Shown: positions 37,761-52,630 of the stretch, in pieces | Layout of the letters: the number at the start of each line of letters is the position of its first letter | Numbering within the stretch: position 1 is the first letter of the stretch | Assembly: GCA_951406725.2 (NCBI GenBank) | Contig: OX597822.1 | Location: 92,566,001 to 92,630,000, forward strand | Origin: Octopus vulgaris | Lineage: Eukaryota | Reading direction: 5' to 3' | DNA: 64,000 nt | The notes under the pieces: model-generated | What the model was told of the DNA's origin: nothing | The model's input: only the letters and a program-made list of their open reading frames with translations | The model's database searches: none | Position numbers and translations under genes: made by a program

Positions 37761-39389
37761 CTGGAAATAACAGAATGCTTAACATTTCAGTGAACATTAT
37801 ACATTGAAGCATTAGAGGTAGAATTAATTATCATTAACAAATAAGTAAAAAAAATCCAAAATTTTTGTACTTGTAATTTACTATGCAGCAAATATTCAAT
37901 GTTAATTTCATTTAAGATTTGTAATAGTACAGAACTACAATAGCCCACTTACATAGTATGTATCAAAGCTACCCACATTTATAAGAAGTTTTTTAGAGAT
38001 AATAAATTTTCAAAACTCAAAGCTAATTAAATATGCTGCTTGTCAAATGATAAAAAGACAAAATGGGACACATTTGTATTTTGTTACCTGTTTTGCATCT
38101 AACCATGTAATCCTGCTGTTGTCTGAGATGATGTCATAAAAGTTTCTGTTTATATTTATGGCTAGTTGATGTGTATGTTATAAAAATCAAAAGTGTATAC
38201 ATCTAGTGTTTTATTCATGAACCCATTCATTCTTTCATTTATAAGCAGATGTAGATGGTAAAGAAGAGCCCTTTAAGGAGAACTGTAATGGTTTATTTCA
38301 GGAGAAAGATAGCAAGATACCGCTGCTGGAAGTTGGGCTGCTGACTAAATGGGCATAATTTCACTCTTCAATCAAACATACTGTGTCCACAAAGCAAAGT
38401 ACATAACTCTGCAAACTGCACTACTAAACTGAAAAAATGATTCCATTTCTATTTCACTGTTACATTAGTTTAATAAGAAAATAAGAAAGGCATTTAACTG
38501 TAGAACAATTTCCCCTGTCTCCAAGAATGATTGCAGTAGATTGGGAGCAGATTGCACATTTTATCTAAACTGCTAACAGTCAACGTAGTGGATTCATTGT
38601 TACAGTACTGGATAAAATGTTTTGCAGTATTTCTTCTGGATGTTTATGTTCTGAGTTCAAATTCCACTAAGGTTGACTTTGCCTTTCATCCTAAACTGGG
38701 ATCATTATGAGAAATAACCATTCCAGGGTGAATTTGCAAAATTGTTAAAGCACTGGAGAAAATACCTTGTGGTAGTTGTTTCTTGGGACAGCATCAATTG
38801 CATGATGATGGAAGACATACTACAGGGGGCAACTGTCATCATCATAATCATTTTAATATTCACTTTTCCATGCTTCCATGGATAAGACAAAATTCATTAA
38901 GGCCGTTTTCTAGGACTGGATGTCCTTCCTCTTGTTAACCCTCACCTGTTTCTGTTGGTCCTTCAAACAGTGCAAGGATCATGATTTCACAGATTTCAAA
39001 CAAATTATACCACTTGTATGACAGTAACACTTGTTTGCAACTGAGGTGTCAAGAAAGGAGACATAGACATATACATCTTATACAAACACACAACAGGCTT
39101 CTCTCCATTTCTGTCTACCAAAGCCTCTCAGAGATTCGGTCAGCCAGGGTCATAATAGAAGATACTTCTCTAAAGTGCTCTGCAGTGGGACTCAACTAGA
39201 AACCATGCAAAGCGAACCTTTAACCACACAACAATGTATGGTCTTCCCTAGAAAACCTTATCCAGCCTTGTATCTTAAAGAGAAATATAAATGTTGAGAT
39301 ATATTAATCTGGTCTAAAAAAAGTAGTCCTTTTAGAAGCAGATGTTTAACAGTTGGATGACTTCAACAATGTGATATAAGGATGCATAC

Positions 39390-39491
39390 CTTCAAGAGTC
39401 ATGGCACACTGTTTATTCACCCACACTTTGGCAGTTTTATCCCAAGAGCCACTGATGATTGTACCAGGTTTCCCAGAAGTTAGAGCACAGA
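39390..39491 (-). CDS. PLAA: PLAA exon 3 (WD40)
   Basis: [34 protein letters not shown], matching PLAA SGSWDTTAKVW; 102 nt, phase 1-1. Confidence 0.95.
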
Positions 39492-42465
39492 CTGAAAATT
39501 AAAAAAAGAAGATTCAAATGCTTAGTGACAAGAAGTTTACATTTAACATTCTTTTATACTTTTAATGGTTTCAGTCATTGGACTCTGTGTACACAGATTT
39601 TTTGTGATTATTTTAAACAGCTTAACCTGCTAGAAATATCAAACAAATTGCTCTCAATTCAAACCTTACTGTTTTAAATAAAAAAGGAAGGCCATACGAG
39701 ATAATGCAATCCTATATATATTATTTATGAAATTAACAAATAAAGATAGAATGGTTGTAGCTGGAATACCTATGATTAACAGTCTGTTCAATTAGAGCGG
39801 AGCTAGGATAGGGCAACAATAGAATTGTTAATTACTAGTGTCAAGGTTTAGTGTAAGTTAGACTCACTGATACCAAGTAGGTCAATTTCATCAGCTATAA
39901 CACCTACACCATAAATTCTATGGCCTTGTGCCTGTATTCAAAATTATTATTATTATTGAGTGAGAGAGCAATGCACGCCACCAAAGTATACCCATCATGA
40001 CTACCTGTCTGATAAGGGAACACCAGGCATATGCATCACAACAATACATGCCCAACATGGCGATCCTATATCAAGATAAACAGTGCATGACATTGCAGAT
40101 GGGGCCCAGTTAGAATTTTCTTAAGTTGAGTAGCCCATCTCACACAAAAGGTCCCTGAATAAGGGTTGTTTAAGGATGTTGAACAAAGCGCCCATATTTC
40201 CAGAAGTGAATTATCCAAACCCCCAAGAATTCCTCTCAACACATGGCTATGATGCTCCCTCACTACTTCTGCTCATGATGAGAGATGCACCACCAAGGTA
40301 CATGCTCAACTGGTTACGGTCAAACAACTGACAAGTAAATCTGTGGTACTGAGCAGAATATTTGCTGTAGCCCATCTTTTATACCAAGTCAAAACAATGT
40401 ACATAACACTTAAGATCAGAAGCCGTGGAAGCCAGTGCCTGATACTGCAATTAGGGCATTTTATTATTATTATTGTCATTATCATCATCGTTGGAAATTG
40501 TTGAAGCAGATTTTAAACAGCTGGATATTTTTCCTGTTGCCAACCCTCACTTGTTTCCAAGCAAAGTAATATTTCTCCATAACTGTACATGTTTTTCTTA
40601 GAAAACTGGAAATGAGCAACACCGTATGACTGGTGACACTTGTTGCCAACCATCATGTAGTACAAGGCAAGTATATGAATAAACACACACTCAAAAATAC
40701 ATACACAATGGCCTTCTTTCAATATCTCTTTACCAAATCTATCTACAAGGCTTTGATTAGCAAGGAGCTATAGTAGAAGACACTTATCCAATGTGCCACA
40801 CAGTGGGACTGAACCTGAAACCACATAGTAGGGAAGCAAGTTTCTTAAGCACACAGTCATGCTTGCGCCTATACATTCCCTACGAATTTTGATCAAATGA
40901 TTAAATCTGAGTTGTCTTCCTTGTTAGTTTTGTTTAGATTAAAAAAAAACTCCTGTAGAGGAAATGTTTGTCTATTAATTACTTGAATAATCTCAGTTGA
41001 CTGAAGTCTGTTAAATTATTTAGATTTGCACATATCCCTAGCATTTGATAACAAACAGAAAACAAACTATTTGAAAAGTACCTTATGGAACAAGAATTCT
41101 AAGCTAAAAAAAAAATTCTAAGAGAGAAAACAACCTGAGAAACTACTTCAATTTATACTTGAAGCATCATTGTATTACTAGGTAGATGACCCACTTTCTT
41201 GATGCTGTACTTGCAGTAAGAGAAGTGATAGAGCTTATTTCAGCTTCTTTTGGGTTGAGAGAGGCCAGTAAAAGTGAATGTACCTTATGCAGAGGACAAT
41301 AAGTGACAGCCTAAGGTTTGATAGATACTTGGCTATTAGAACACCATTGATGATCCCAACATCAAGTCAGCATGGCAGAGCACATACTTTCACACAAGTT
41401 AGACCCATATGAAGATTTGAATTCAATATTTGCCATCTATATGAAACAGGTTTTTTAATGAATTAGTCAAAGAAGGGCAGCACCGTATTTCTTAGAGCCT
41501 TAATGTTGGGGGTGGAGGAAAAGGATAAATGAACCTTGACTTATGGGTTATTACAATAAAAAAGCAGTATACAAAGACATCAAGTTGTCTTCAAATAAGA
41601 AACCTGAAGGATCTTTTTCTGTTTGGCTGCACCTGTGGAAATTTTAAAGATTAGTGATAATTTAAAAATTTGGTGTATTGATGTAATTTTCCATGCTGAA
41701 TCTCAAGAGATACTTCACTTTTTCCAGAAATTTAAAAGAAAAAAAGTTACAGAGGTTTAAAGTTTGATCATTTTTACGCAGTCAGAAAACAGGATTTGGA
41801 AGCTGTCATTTTGTGCACGATAGCATGTGTTGTTAGCTTTAAACAAATGAAATAGTGGTTGAATTCTGCTTTACAGCCCCTCATAACTTTTTTATTTTTT
41901 GGAATTTTCAGAAAAGTTTTGCAAATTTATATTCTACACATAGGAATTCATACAATTATGCAAAAACAGAAAAAAAGTTTTCATGCATCATTTAAGGCCT
42001 ACTTAGCTGTTATTTTTAGCATATCTCATACCAATGTGTTAAGTGACAAAAAGAACAAGTGGTAAGAAGCTTGGTAACAGCCTACTAAGATCAAATAATT
42101 ACAGTCCCTCTCTAATAGTTTCCATTGATCCAATTCCACTCACATTTGCTTGAGATGCCACTTATTGGGATCAAACTAAAAAAATCATGTAATAGCAAGA
42201 GTGAACTTCTTAACCATAGTCATACCCACAGTTTGTCAGTTTTACAGAGTAGTTACTGTTTATAGTGGCAAGTTATTTCTGTTCTGTCTATTTACAGCTC
42301 GCTGGATTTGGCTATTTGAGAGCAAAAGACACAAAGTAATGCCAATATTAGGATATGAACTGTCAATCTCTTGGATAGTTGTCTGGCCTCTTATCAACCC
42401 AACCAACCATGTCCTCACGTGGTAGTATAACTAATAACAAAATGATTTTATACAAGCCAATTTAC

Positions 42466-42653
42466 CAGTTCCTTCATGACCAGTTAGTTGATAGAGCTTC
42501 TGAAAAGTGTCTAGGTCATAGACAATAATAGATTTATCATTGCTGCCAGTAATCATCAAACCCTCCTGCGATGTAGTTGGTGGAATCACACACACACTGG
42601 ACACAAAATTGGAATGGTCTTGAATTTTACATCTTTCTTGAAAACCATTACTT
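42466..42653 (-). CDS. PLAA: PLAA exon 2 (WD40)
   Basis: SNGFQERCKIQDHSNFVSSVCVIPP...LMITGSNDKSIIVY...LYQLTGHEGT; CAG acceptor, GT donor; 188 nt, phase 2 to 1. Confidence 0.95.
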
Positions 42654-45600
42654 CTGGAAGTAGAAAACAAAAACAATTCTGTACATGATAATCACCAATT
42701 TCAGGCAGCAAAGAATCACAAGACAATGATACAATGGAACCAGGTATTATTTACTGGGTGATTCTGGTGTGAGGAGGAATTGTTCATTAGGATATGGACA
42801 CAGTCATGTGGCGGCCAGTGTAAAGATTTTTTTTTAGAATATTGACAGTTATGCAAGCATACAAGTCATCCCACCCCATGTCACTGATGTAGTTGAAAGG
42901 AAAAGGTTGATATAATTCAGCACCAGAGTTATTGCAGGTGTTGTCAGAATGCAAAGAGCTGGAACAGATATCACACATCTCATCTGATGCATTAACAGTT
43001 CTTTCAATCCTCTTACTCTGGATTAGTTCATTATAATCCACTCCAGAAAAGATGGAAAACAAAGATGACTTTGGCAGAATTTGAACTAAGAGCACAGAGA
43101 GTTGGAACAAATAAGGCATTCTATCTAACACCTTAATGACTGAGCCAATTCGCTGTCTGGGTGACTGAGTTATTGTTTACATAACAAAGTACCTGCCATT
43201 CCCTCTTTGATTAGGTACCATAAATTGTTTCTGCTACTTTAATTATACTATTCTATTTACACAAGATAATTTATTAACCAGTGTAATTAGTAATATATAA
43301 TTGGTATAATTTGTAACATAGTTGACTGATAACCGATAGATGTAAGATTCAGACTCCATCTGTTGACCTTTGGATCTTCTTGTCTTAAATTGGTGCATAT
43401 CATTTAATGTTCATTTTCCATGCTGGCATGGGTTGATTGGTTTGACAGGAAAAGGGAAGGGCCAAGAGCTGCAGTAGGTTCCATTGTCTGTTTTAGCAAG
43501 GTTTCTACAGCTGGATACCTGTCCTAATGTCAACCACTGTACAGAATGTACAGGGTGCTCTTCATGAGGCACCATCACCAGTGCATTTTACATGGCACCA
43601 ACACCAAGTCCCCACATGACAAAAACTCTCAACTGGGAGGAGGATAGTAGTTTTGAGGGTGTGTGGCTCTGTACCATTTGAGAGATTTAAGGTATAGAGG
43701 GGACAGATATAGCTGAATTTCTGTAGAGTAGATACATAAATACCCCAAAATTCTTATAATGTATTAATTTCAATAATCTAAATCTCAAAACAATTTGTAT
43801 TTTGTTGTTCTTAATTAGTTTAACCCCACTCCTTTACCTCAGCTTTGATGAAGTCACCATATAATAAACAGGGGGCTGATCCAATAATGAGGTGTAATCC
43901 AATGACCATTATTCCAGCGTTTCAGTTAGAGTTCCAGCCGTGACTATTTTCCTGTCTTTTATTCAGGCATACTGTATCTAAGACTGCACTAAGCAGAGTG
44001 TCCTTTCTTTCTTTAAGACAGTAACAGGAGATTTAAAGGAGTTTCATTACTATTATTAGCAAGTCAAACAACTGCATAGAAGATCCAAGATCTCTAGTTA
44101 TCTCTAGTTATTTTTTTCCAGTATTTAATGTTATACCATATTTGGATATCTGATTTTTATATCACGTTTGGATATCTAATTTTATATCACATGTTTGGTT
44201 ATCTAACTTTATATATGTCAAACTCTTGAAAAATAGAGAGAAATGTTTTATGAATTGTGGACATTTCCATGAATTAATGGAGCAACTGATAATCTCACTT
44301 CATCCTTCTTTTAGACCACAAAGTCAATAACAGGTCCTCTGTTCAGTTGAAAACAAAAGAAAAGGACACATTGGATAATGTTATTTGAGCACTTTATTTG
44401 AATAACAGACAAGATGGTCAAGGTTGGAAAGTCTTTGATCATCAGTCTGTTTGATAAACAAATACTACAAGGCATTATGTCTGATTCAACTAATCCACAA
44501 TCGTACATTGAATAATAATAATGATTTCAAATTTTGGTACAAGTTCAGATTAGAGGTTAAGTTGATTACATCAACCCCAGTGCTCAACTGGAACTTATTT
44601 TGTTGATCCCCAAAAGGATGAGAGGCAAAGTTGACCTCGGTAGAATTTGAATGCAGAAAGACAAATGAAATGCTGCTAAACATTTTGCCTGATGTGCTAA
44701 CAGGTTCTGCCAGTTCATGGCCGTAATAATATTAATAATTGAAACATAGGTGACAGGTACTTCTTCTTCAAGAAATATTTCCTCAACTTTGACCCAATTA
44801 TAACTGAGGTTGCTAATAAAGTATCTGGATAATTTTTGATGTTTAACAATCAAAATTCTTTTCTGTTAGATTCCATGTCTAATTTCATAACGGTCAAGTT
44901 GCAAAAGATGTCTAAAATGGGGTAAAATGAGTAATGACCAAGTTCAATAACTCTTCTCTTTAACTGTATGATGCATAAATATATAGGGAAGAAAGCCACT
45001 CGAGGAGATCGTGAAAACCTAGAGAGAATACTTTATGCTGAGTTCATAGACTCAGTTGAGTTTTGTTAATTTTATATCATGTGCAATATTCCCATTTGAT
45101 CTAGATATTTTAAATTTTTGTGGCATTTCTTATCTTTCTGATGTCTAACGAAAGATATTGATGCGTATGAGTCCTTTTTTCAAATGTAATTCTGGAGAAC
45201 CGAAGAGACAGATTTATCTTATCTTGTCTTACTCGTTTTGCCCCACTTACATTTTTTTTTTTATATGCACAAGAGAACGGCGGTAATTTTCTGAAAAAGT
45301 GTTCTAAATATATTAAAGTATTTTTAATGCATTTACAGGTTATTTGCTTAGCTGATAAATTTTGTAAGGCAGTGAACATTTCTAAAAAAATACATTTCTT
45401 CACAAAGTTAGAAATTCAGTAAATAGGCATTGTTTCTCCCACCCCTAGATAACTGAAAGTGTAATGGTTTTTAAAAGCTTTTGTTATCTTACAATTGATT
45501 TCGAAATTATATTTTCTTCTTTACTGTGAATGGATGTAAAGCGAAGAACATCACAGAGAACTTGTAAGGAGAAAAGCGTAACTGTTAAGGGAGGTGCAAA

Positions 45601-46072
45601 ACTTTAAATAAACGTCAGTGTTTTTTTTTTTAACAGCCATATTTAAACAAAAAGATACTGTTGTATCTCATACCTGTCACTGAACTTACTCCATGATGGA
45701 GATAAAAATGGTAAAATGATTCCTTTATCTTTTTATTTATTATTTAGCTTAATGAAGGAATGACTATAGTCATTTCAGATCCTCTCAAATTTATAAATTA
45801 TATTTACAACAAAGAATTGAGTGGAAAACTCGTAAATTTTACGCTTTCCAGACATTTGTACATTACTCCATATACTTTATACGCACTTTTTAACAAGTTG
45901 TGGTGCACCTGAGCACTGCATACAATAATTTCATTATTATTATTATTATTAAATGTGGTTCTCCAACAACATGTCATATGATGGTTAACACCAACAATGA
46001 TTTTTGCGAAAGGAGATATTTCAAGTACCGGTATAAAATAACTAACCATACAGTTCCATCTGTCTAAATACT

Positions 46073-46345
46073 TTTTCGATATTATTATTATTATTCAGGT
46101 CGTGTCTGGAATATAATACGGAACCTTGGGGTTGCGCTCTTAACCACTACGCCATATGCCCGTGAATAATAATAATAATAATATCGAAAAATACCTTAGG
46201 AATGAGAACCCAGGTTCGAAATTTCCCCAAGACACCCGATGAAGGGTGGAGGGTATATCAGCCGAAACGTTGTGTTAACAAGAAACAAGATGAGGACAAA
46301 TATCCGTCAAATGTAAATAATTCCCCCATCTCTTAAATATAGGAC
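46073..46345 (+). mobile_element. Family C element, second copy (tRNA head inverted; hammerhead at 46231-46276) in PLAA intron 1
   Basis: gacac CCGATGA a gggtg-gagggtatat-cagcc GAA ACGT T gtgtt; the head gggcatatggcgtagtggttaagagcgc lies on the minus strand at ~46097-46161. Confidence 0.8.
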
Positions 46346-46824
46346 AAAATAGCACAGGCTCATTTATCTAGCTACTTAAAATGAAATATTCCGGAAACAA
46401 TTGCAGAGGTTTCATCTCTGATGCAGTCTCTGTTCTGCGACTGTTCTTTGATAAACTTAGCTAATATTTTAAGATACTTGTTTGATCCAGTTCATATACA
46501 CATCTATACATTATGTATTTACGGCATGAGTTTATAAGGGGTCGTATGAATATGCATTTAGTCTCACAGTTAAATTAGGCCCATCGTGTATATTTCGGAC
46601 TAAGCTAATCTATAACAGGTAAACGGTAGGTATAAAATATGATTCCATATCTGAATATTACATCGCACCATCTTTTACTCCATTATAAACGTGTAATCAA
46701 GTGAATAGAAGACAGGATATCATGAAACACTATTTTATAATTAGAATTCTTTCTTCGACTGAAGATGGAATGAACTCAGCAAGAATTCTTATTGTAATAA
46801 TTGCACAAAGAAGCAATATCTTAC

Positions 46825-46964
46825 TTATTAGCGGTCCATACTCGAGTCGTCCAATCTCTGGATCCTGATATTATAATATCTTCGTGAAGTGGACAAGTGG
46901 TCAGTGTTCTTACATCATTTTCATGTCCTACAACTGTAGACCGCAGTTTATATGGCGACGCCAT
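46825..46964 (-). CDS. PLAA: PLAA exon 1 (start codon; first WD40 repeat)
   Basis: ATG at 46964 gives MASPYKLRSTVVGHENDVRTLTTCPLHEDIIISGSRDWTTRVWTAN, resembling the PLAA N-terminus (human YRLSCSLRGHELDVR...SRDRTTRLW). GTAAG donor, phase 2. Not in the ORF track. Confidence 0.93.
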
Positions 46965-48046
46965 TATTACCGGTGTATAATAAATATTTACCTCTTTCTA
47001 TAAAAGAACACCATTACTCATTATCTCAGGAACATTTGATTTTAACACATTCTGCTTTTTTTTCCTTATCATTTAGCGTTCGTTTTCCATGTTGGCATGA
47101 GTTTGACTGGAGTTGGCAAGCCAAAGGACTGCACCAAGTTTTACTGTCTGCTTTGGCGTAATTTTTACGGCTGGATGCCCTTCCTTTTACAATATGTACT
47201 TGGTTACTTTTTACGTGGCAGCATCACGGGTGAGGTTACGGAGTAACATGTAAGACAAAGACCTCTCAACTGAGAGAGGGAGTTGTATTGAAGGAGGTGG
47301 CTTTTTGCCAGTTGAAGAGAAGTTAGAATATAATAAAGGGAAAGAAACTGGTGTCTTACTGTAGAGGATATATGGCTACACCAGTCAGAAAAGAGAGAGA
47401 GTGAGAGAAGATGGTGGTGGAGATGTATAAGGGTGTACCCACAAGGTACAGGAGTGTAAAATAAGTGAGGTAGTACTGAGGATTGGACAGGGTGAGTGGA
47501 GAGAAAGTTTACAAGTGTGAGAAAGGAGAGTGAGAGATAGAGAGGGAAGGGAAGGGAAATGCAGTGGGTGAAAAGCAGGTGACAGGACTGTCCACATGAC
47601 CTAGGAGTCACGCTGGGCATTTGAATCTTGGAGGGTGAGGAACTGGACAGATGGGTCACAACTCCAGATCCACACAAAGTTCAACCTGGGATCTGGAGCC
47701 AGGCCATGTGAACATTAAACTGAGTATATCTAACACCCTTCTGATAGACAGAGGTGGAGAAGGAGACTAATTTGTTACAGCCCAACTTTCTCATCTTGTT
47801 ATGAAACCAATGTTAGCAGAATATTTTCTCACATCCTTAAGAAAGCTTTGCTTGCAGCATAGCTATTTTAATAGAGTGCCTGGCCATGCCAAAATTTGCC
47901 TCCTTGGCATGGCCAGAAAAGTTGAAAGAACAGACAGCATAGAACTGTAGGCTGCCAGTAGTAAGATCACTATGCATGCAAGACTCCATGAGTTCCAACA
48001 AAACCTGAGTTAAAAAGAATAATACTATATATATATATATATATAC

Positions 48047-48422
48047 ATACTTTATAATTAGGGTTCAGCAAAGATTTGCTTTACCACATACCGAAGTTTA
48101 GAAATAGCAGCCAAAAAACCTTAGCTATTTCTTCTACTTTAAAAAGATATAGATTGATTTTCATTATTTTTCTTCTCTGCCTGCGTGGATTGTTTTCAAG
48201 TATTTTGCTTTTTCTGGGAGTCCCTTTTTAAAGTAGAAGAAATAACTAAGGTTTTTTGGCTGCTATTTCTAAACTTCGGTATGTGGTAAAGCAAATCTTT
48301 GCTGAACCCTAATTATAAAGTATTACTTAAGTTTACCATGAAATAGTCCTTTTTCATGCCGAATTCTACTTGGTGAAATTATTGATTACTTCTTAATTAA
48401 CTAATTTTACCCTTTGTATTAT

Positions 48423-48424
<2 letters not shown>
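48047..48424 (+). mobile_element. (TA)n-flanked inverted-repeat element (arms 48047-48146 / 48224-48323, plus ~100-nt tail)
   Basis: Near-perfect 100-bp arms with the same asymmetric layout as families A and B; no hammerhead core found. Confidence 0.75.
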
Positions 48425-48465
<41 letters not shown>

Positions 48466-48511
48466 TAATAAAATACAAAATGCATATATATATACATATA
48501 TATATATATAT

Positions 48512-48712
48512 AAAGTTAATCCAAACAAGAAAACAAAAAGAAAACAACGCAAGGACGTGGAACAAATAAAGTATTATTGGACGCTCAGGAAAGAAGGGAA
48601 GAAGGAGGGTTTGACGTTTCGAGCGGAGCTCTTCGTTGGAAACATAGGAGAAGGAAAGATCCCGAGAAGGGAAGACAGAGGAAAAAAATCGCTAGTGATA
48701 CAGACGAGGTCA
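48512..48712 (-). mobile_element. Family D element with a hammerhead motif at 48609-48643
   Basis: gttt CCAACGA a gagc-tcc-gctc GAA ACGT C aaac; same family as 62125-62322; abuts (TA)n. Confidence 0.7.
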
Positions 48713-49779
48713 CACACACATAATAAAATACAAAATACATATATGTTTTTGTTGTTAGGATTACATAATTTCTTGTTGAAATATTATGTAATCTTATTAA
48801 TTCACCCTCTCAGTGTTTAGTAATAAATAGAAAGAATGGTGTTTAGTGCTCAATATATATATATATCTCCAAAATGCACATCAGTGAAGTGGCTGAACCT
48901 AGGGCACAATGTAAACAGAGCACCTTTCCATTTTTAAGTGGGAAGTATACATACACTCTCCTACCCTTAGGTTAGAAAGAGAGAAAGGGACAACCATGAA
49001 GTCTTATAAATGAAACATCTCCAGCATCAACCACCCCACCAACAGTGAGGCAAAGTGCCAGCCCAGTGATCCCAACAATGACATTAATAACAACAAAAAT
49101 AATAATACGAATAGCAAGAATATTAGCTCCTGTCATAAATCAAGGTCAGAGAAGCTTGTGATCAGCAAACTGTCAAGTTTATGACATCAGCTTCAAGGAT
49201 TCTGTCAAGGTATCATACACCATCATACCTAACATGGCCAGTATTACAACTGCTTAAAGTAGATTGAAACTGGCTAAATATAATGCATAAAATTGCCTTG
49301 GGAACTGTAATGAAGGAAATAAAAACCAATTCACCTACCTTCTCATCATTTTACCGTCCAGCTGTACTGAATCCAAAATTTGTGCTCAGCCCATACATCT
49401 AATGATAGCAGCTGCTAGTGCCTGTCCCTATCAGCGCCCCTTGCCTCAGGTTCATTCATCGTGAGCACCCAAGGCAAAAGAGGCTAACCCCTGGTCTTCC
49501 TTTCCTTACTTCCTCTCTCACCCTTCCTGTTCCGGTCAAGCCCCTTGACTGTTGACATCCCAGACCTTTCCTTCTGGCTCATCTCATCTTCACATGCCCC
49601 CCCCCTAATCTCAAAGATCACCTCCTCACCTTACTCCATGTCAAAATCTGCCATCCACCCAGGTAGACGCCTCACATGCTGTGATCTCTGTTGGGAGGTA
49701 GTCTCATTCCCTTCCTCTCCTCCACCTTCTCCATCCGACAAAGCAATAATTCTGCGAACATCCAAGACGTGACATGGCA

Positions 49780-51960
49780 TTCCATATTTTTGGAGTTAAC
49801 AGCCATCACTGTTCCTCTGTTCTACTGAGATCTGCAGCGTGATTTGGGGGGAGACCCAGACTTCATCTCCCACCTCCACAAAGACAGGCTCTCTCTCTTC
49901 TGCAGGGCATTCTGATGGTTTACTAGGATGCCACCATTCATATCTGAAAATTGCTCTGTCCTGATCAGAATGACATGTTGTACCAGAACACTGCCTCCAC
50001 TGGTGGGATGTGGCTCCTCTCTACCATGGCCTTGATCATTTGATGATGTCTTTCCACAGTCCCTTTCCACTTGGCCTGTATGCTGCTCTGAAGAAGCAGT
50101 GCACATTCCACTTATCAAGCTTCTCTTTCAGTGTCTCCAAATGAAATGCAGTGCTGTTGTCCATCAGCAGTTTGTCCACAGGGCCCCACTCCAGGAATAT
50201 CTTGTTCAGGTTATGTGCGATCTCGTCTGCAGTACCTGTCTTCAATTCCCTCCAAATGGCCATCCAACCCATCTCGCAGTCGACCATTGAGAGATACGTC
50301 CCCTACCGGTAGTGTGTCACATTCGCCGCCAATCATCTCCAGTTGTGCTCTACCAAGACGTTTCCCTGCTCATGCACACCTGGAGCAGGGTGAATGGATT
50401 GACACCTATCACAATTCCCAACCACCTTTTGGATGTTCTGCCCAGTTACATCGGTGTCAACTGTCCTGGTAAGATACAGGGTTGTATCCATGTCCATATG
50501 ATGTATGGCATGCAGTCTCCTTAGCTTCGAGTCACTTAACCGACACACTGCAGCTATCCCCAGCTTCAAATCTTCTGGCTCCACCAACAAAGCCCTTTTC
50601 ACCCTGATTAGAACACCTGCTTTGCTCCTTTCTGAAGGCACAAAACCACACTCAGCTTCAAACTAAATTCAGCAGCTAGTTCTCCTAGAATCTCTAGGCA
50701 GCGCTTTATTAACATCTCTGCTGCCCCTTTGGTTTGAACCCTCTTTTTGTCAGTGATCAGCCAAGCATGATGGCTGAATCAGTTCAGATTTTGACGGAAT
50801 GCAGCCTCCATTTCAGGGACAAGTTCACCCCCTTCAGCACTGTGTCCAACTCAGCTACTTTGATGTGGTTTTAATCAACAGCTTTTCGAAGACAGATTGC
50901 GTCCTCTACTTCAACGTCCCCAATTTCCAGTACAACCCCAATTGCTATGCTGCTAACATCACACCATACACTCCTATTCTCCAATTTGGGCACATACCAG
51001 TTCCTTCTTACTGGGTCTTCTGATCTTGTCCTCTCTATAATCTCCTGCATCATTACCACTGTCCTATCTCCCACATTGTCCCTTCTGCTCGTCTCTTGAT
51101 GTAGCTGCATACTGTCTGCAACCACCCTGTGATTGGGTAGTGTCCCACACATTGAGAACAGTTCTTTCCTGCTGACACTGGTACCCAGTTCCAGGATCTC
51201 ATTCCCCTTCCAGAACACCAATGAGCCTGTTCTATCTCTTTGAAGCTTGAGCCCCAGTGCGGTTCCTCTAACCATTGGCTCGAACTTCTTCAGGTGACTT
51301 ACAACCTCTGTGGCATACACTATGGTCTTGTCTACCAAGATGTCATCTATACAGGAATTGGTGGTCCTTCTTATCCTGTCTGTTTTTCCCAAGATAGACT
51401 TGAGCACTTTCGCCATGATCATCAGCGTGGAATTTAGCCTGAAACCCAGCCTAGTCAAAAAGTATGTCTGGCCCTTGTATCGCATCAGCTGATACTGTCA
51501 CAGTTTCTTGCTCACATAGAGCTGCAAATATGCTGACTTCAAGTTGACAGTTGTTGCTGCCCTTGTCATCTATCTCCACTCCTCCAGTGTCTCACTGCAG
51601 ACATCAGTCGCCTCACCACCTGTGTGACATGATACATGGCCATTCATCTCCCGAAAGTCCAGTACTGGCCTGACTTAGCCCTTTGTTGGCTGCACCACTG
51701 CCATTAGTGGTAACACTCCACTTACCACCTCCTCCATCCATGGGATAAGGACACCCTCCTTAATCCACCTCTCTACCTCTCCTTCAAACTCACTCCTGGC
51801 ATGTCCCTTCAAAGTATACTGATAGCAGCTCAGCCCGTTCTTCAGTATCAGGGACTCCCCTTTCTAGTGCCACTCTACCATCCACCACTGACCGTTAAAC
51901 ACCGCCCAAAAATCTTTGTCCTCAATGGTGTAAGCAGTACAGTCCCCCATGGAGCTCTGC
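49780..51960 (-). mobile_element. Degenerate Gypsy-type pol (RT-RNaseH-integrase)
   Basis: DLKSAYLQ; RLGFRL...CIDDIL; VWCDVSSIAIGVVL; HHCC-like region (LHAIHH...CDRCQ); LLMDNSTAF; AAYRPSGKG; many frameshifts. Confidence 0.88.
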
Positions 51961-52576
51961 TCCCTCTCATGTTGCAGACTCACAGTGCATGATGTGCCTG
52001 CACATCCAAACGAAACTCCACGTATGTACATACATATATCTTTTGTATGATGTAAAAGGATAAAATCTCTTTATATATGAATATGTATTAGTGGATGTTT
52101 TTTGCGCATGTATGTATATGCATATGCATGTGTTTGTTACCTGTATATATATATATATATATATGTATGCAGAACAAGACTGAAGTTTTGATTTTGACTG
52201 TACGATATATGAATATAATGACATTATTTGTTGAATTAATGTGCTTGCATCTTTCATAGGCATCTGTCTATATATTATGTTATAGTATATTATATATGTG
52301 ATATATAATATATTATATTAAATTATATTATATTATGATATATCATATTATACTATATTTTATGTGGTATTTTCCATCTACTATGTATTGTGAATAGCAG
52401 AATGCACACAATCTAATATTGGTATTATTATCAATAATAATAATATAAATAGTTTTGGTAATGTAATGAACTTTGTACTTTGTATATGTACCCATTGATG
52501 TGGATGTATATGTATACTCCAATATATATTTGATTATCTGTAACCTTATGTGTATGTATATTATTATATATGTACT

Positions 52577-52630
<54 letters not shown>

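Noticed and set aside
42787-43131. Extra PLAA exon or nested gene in intron 1
   Set aside because: Exons 1 and 2 join in frame with continuous homology; this ORF has no recognisable domain.
46952-47161. Divergent plus-strand gene (MATPLL...)
   Set aside because: Runs into SINE sequence and shows no recognisable protein features.
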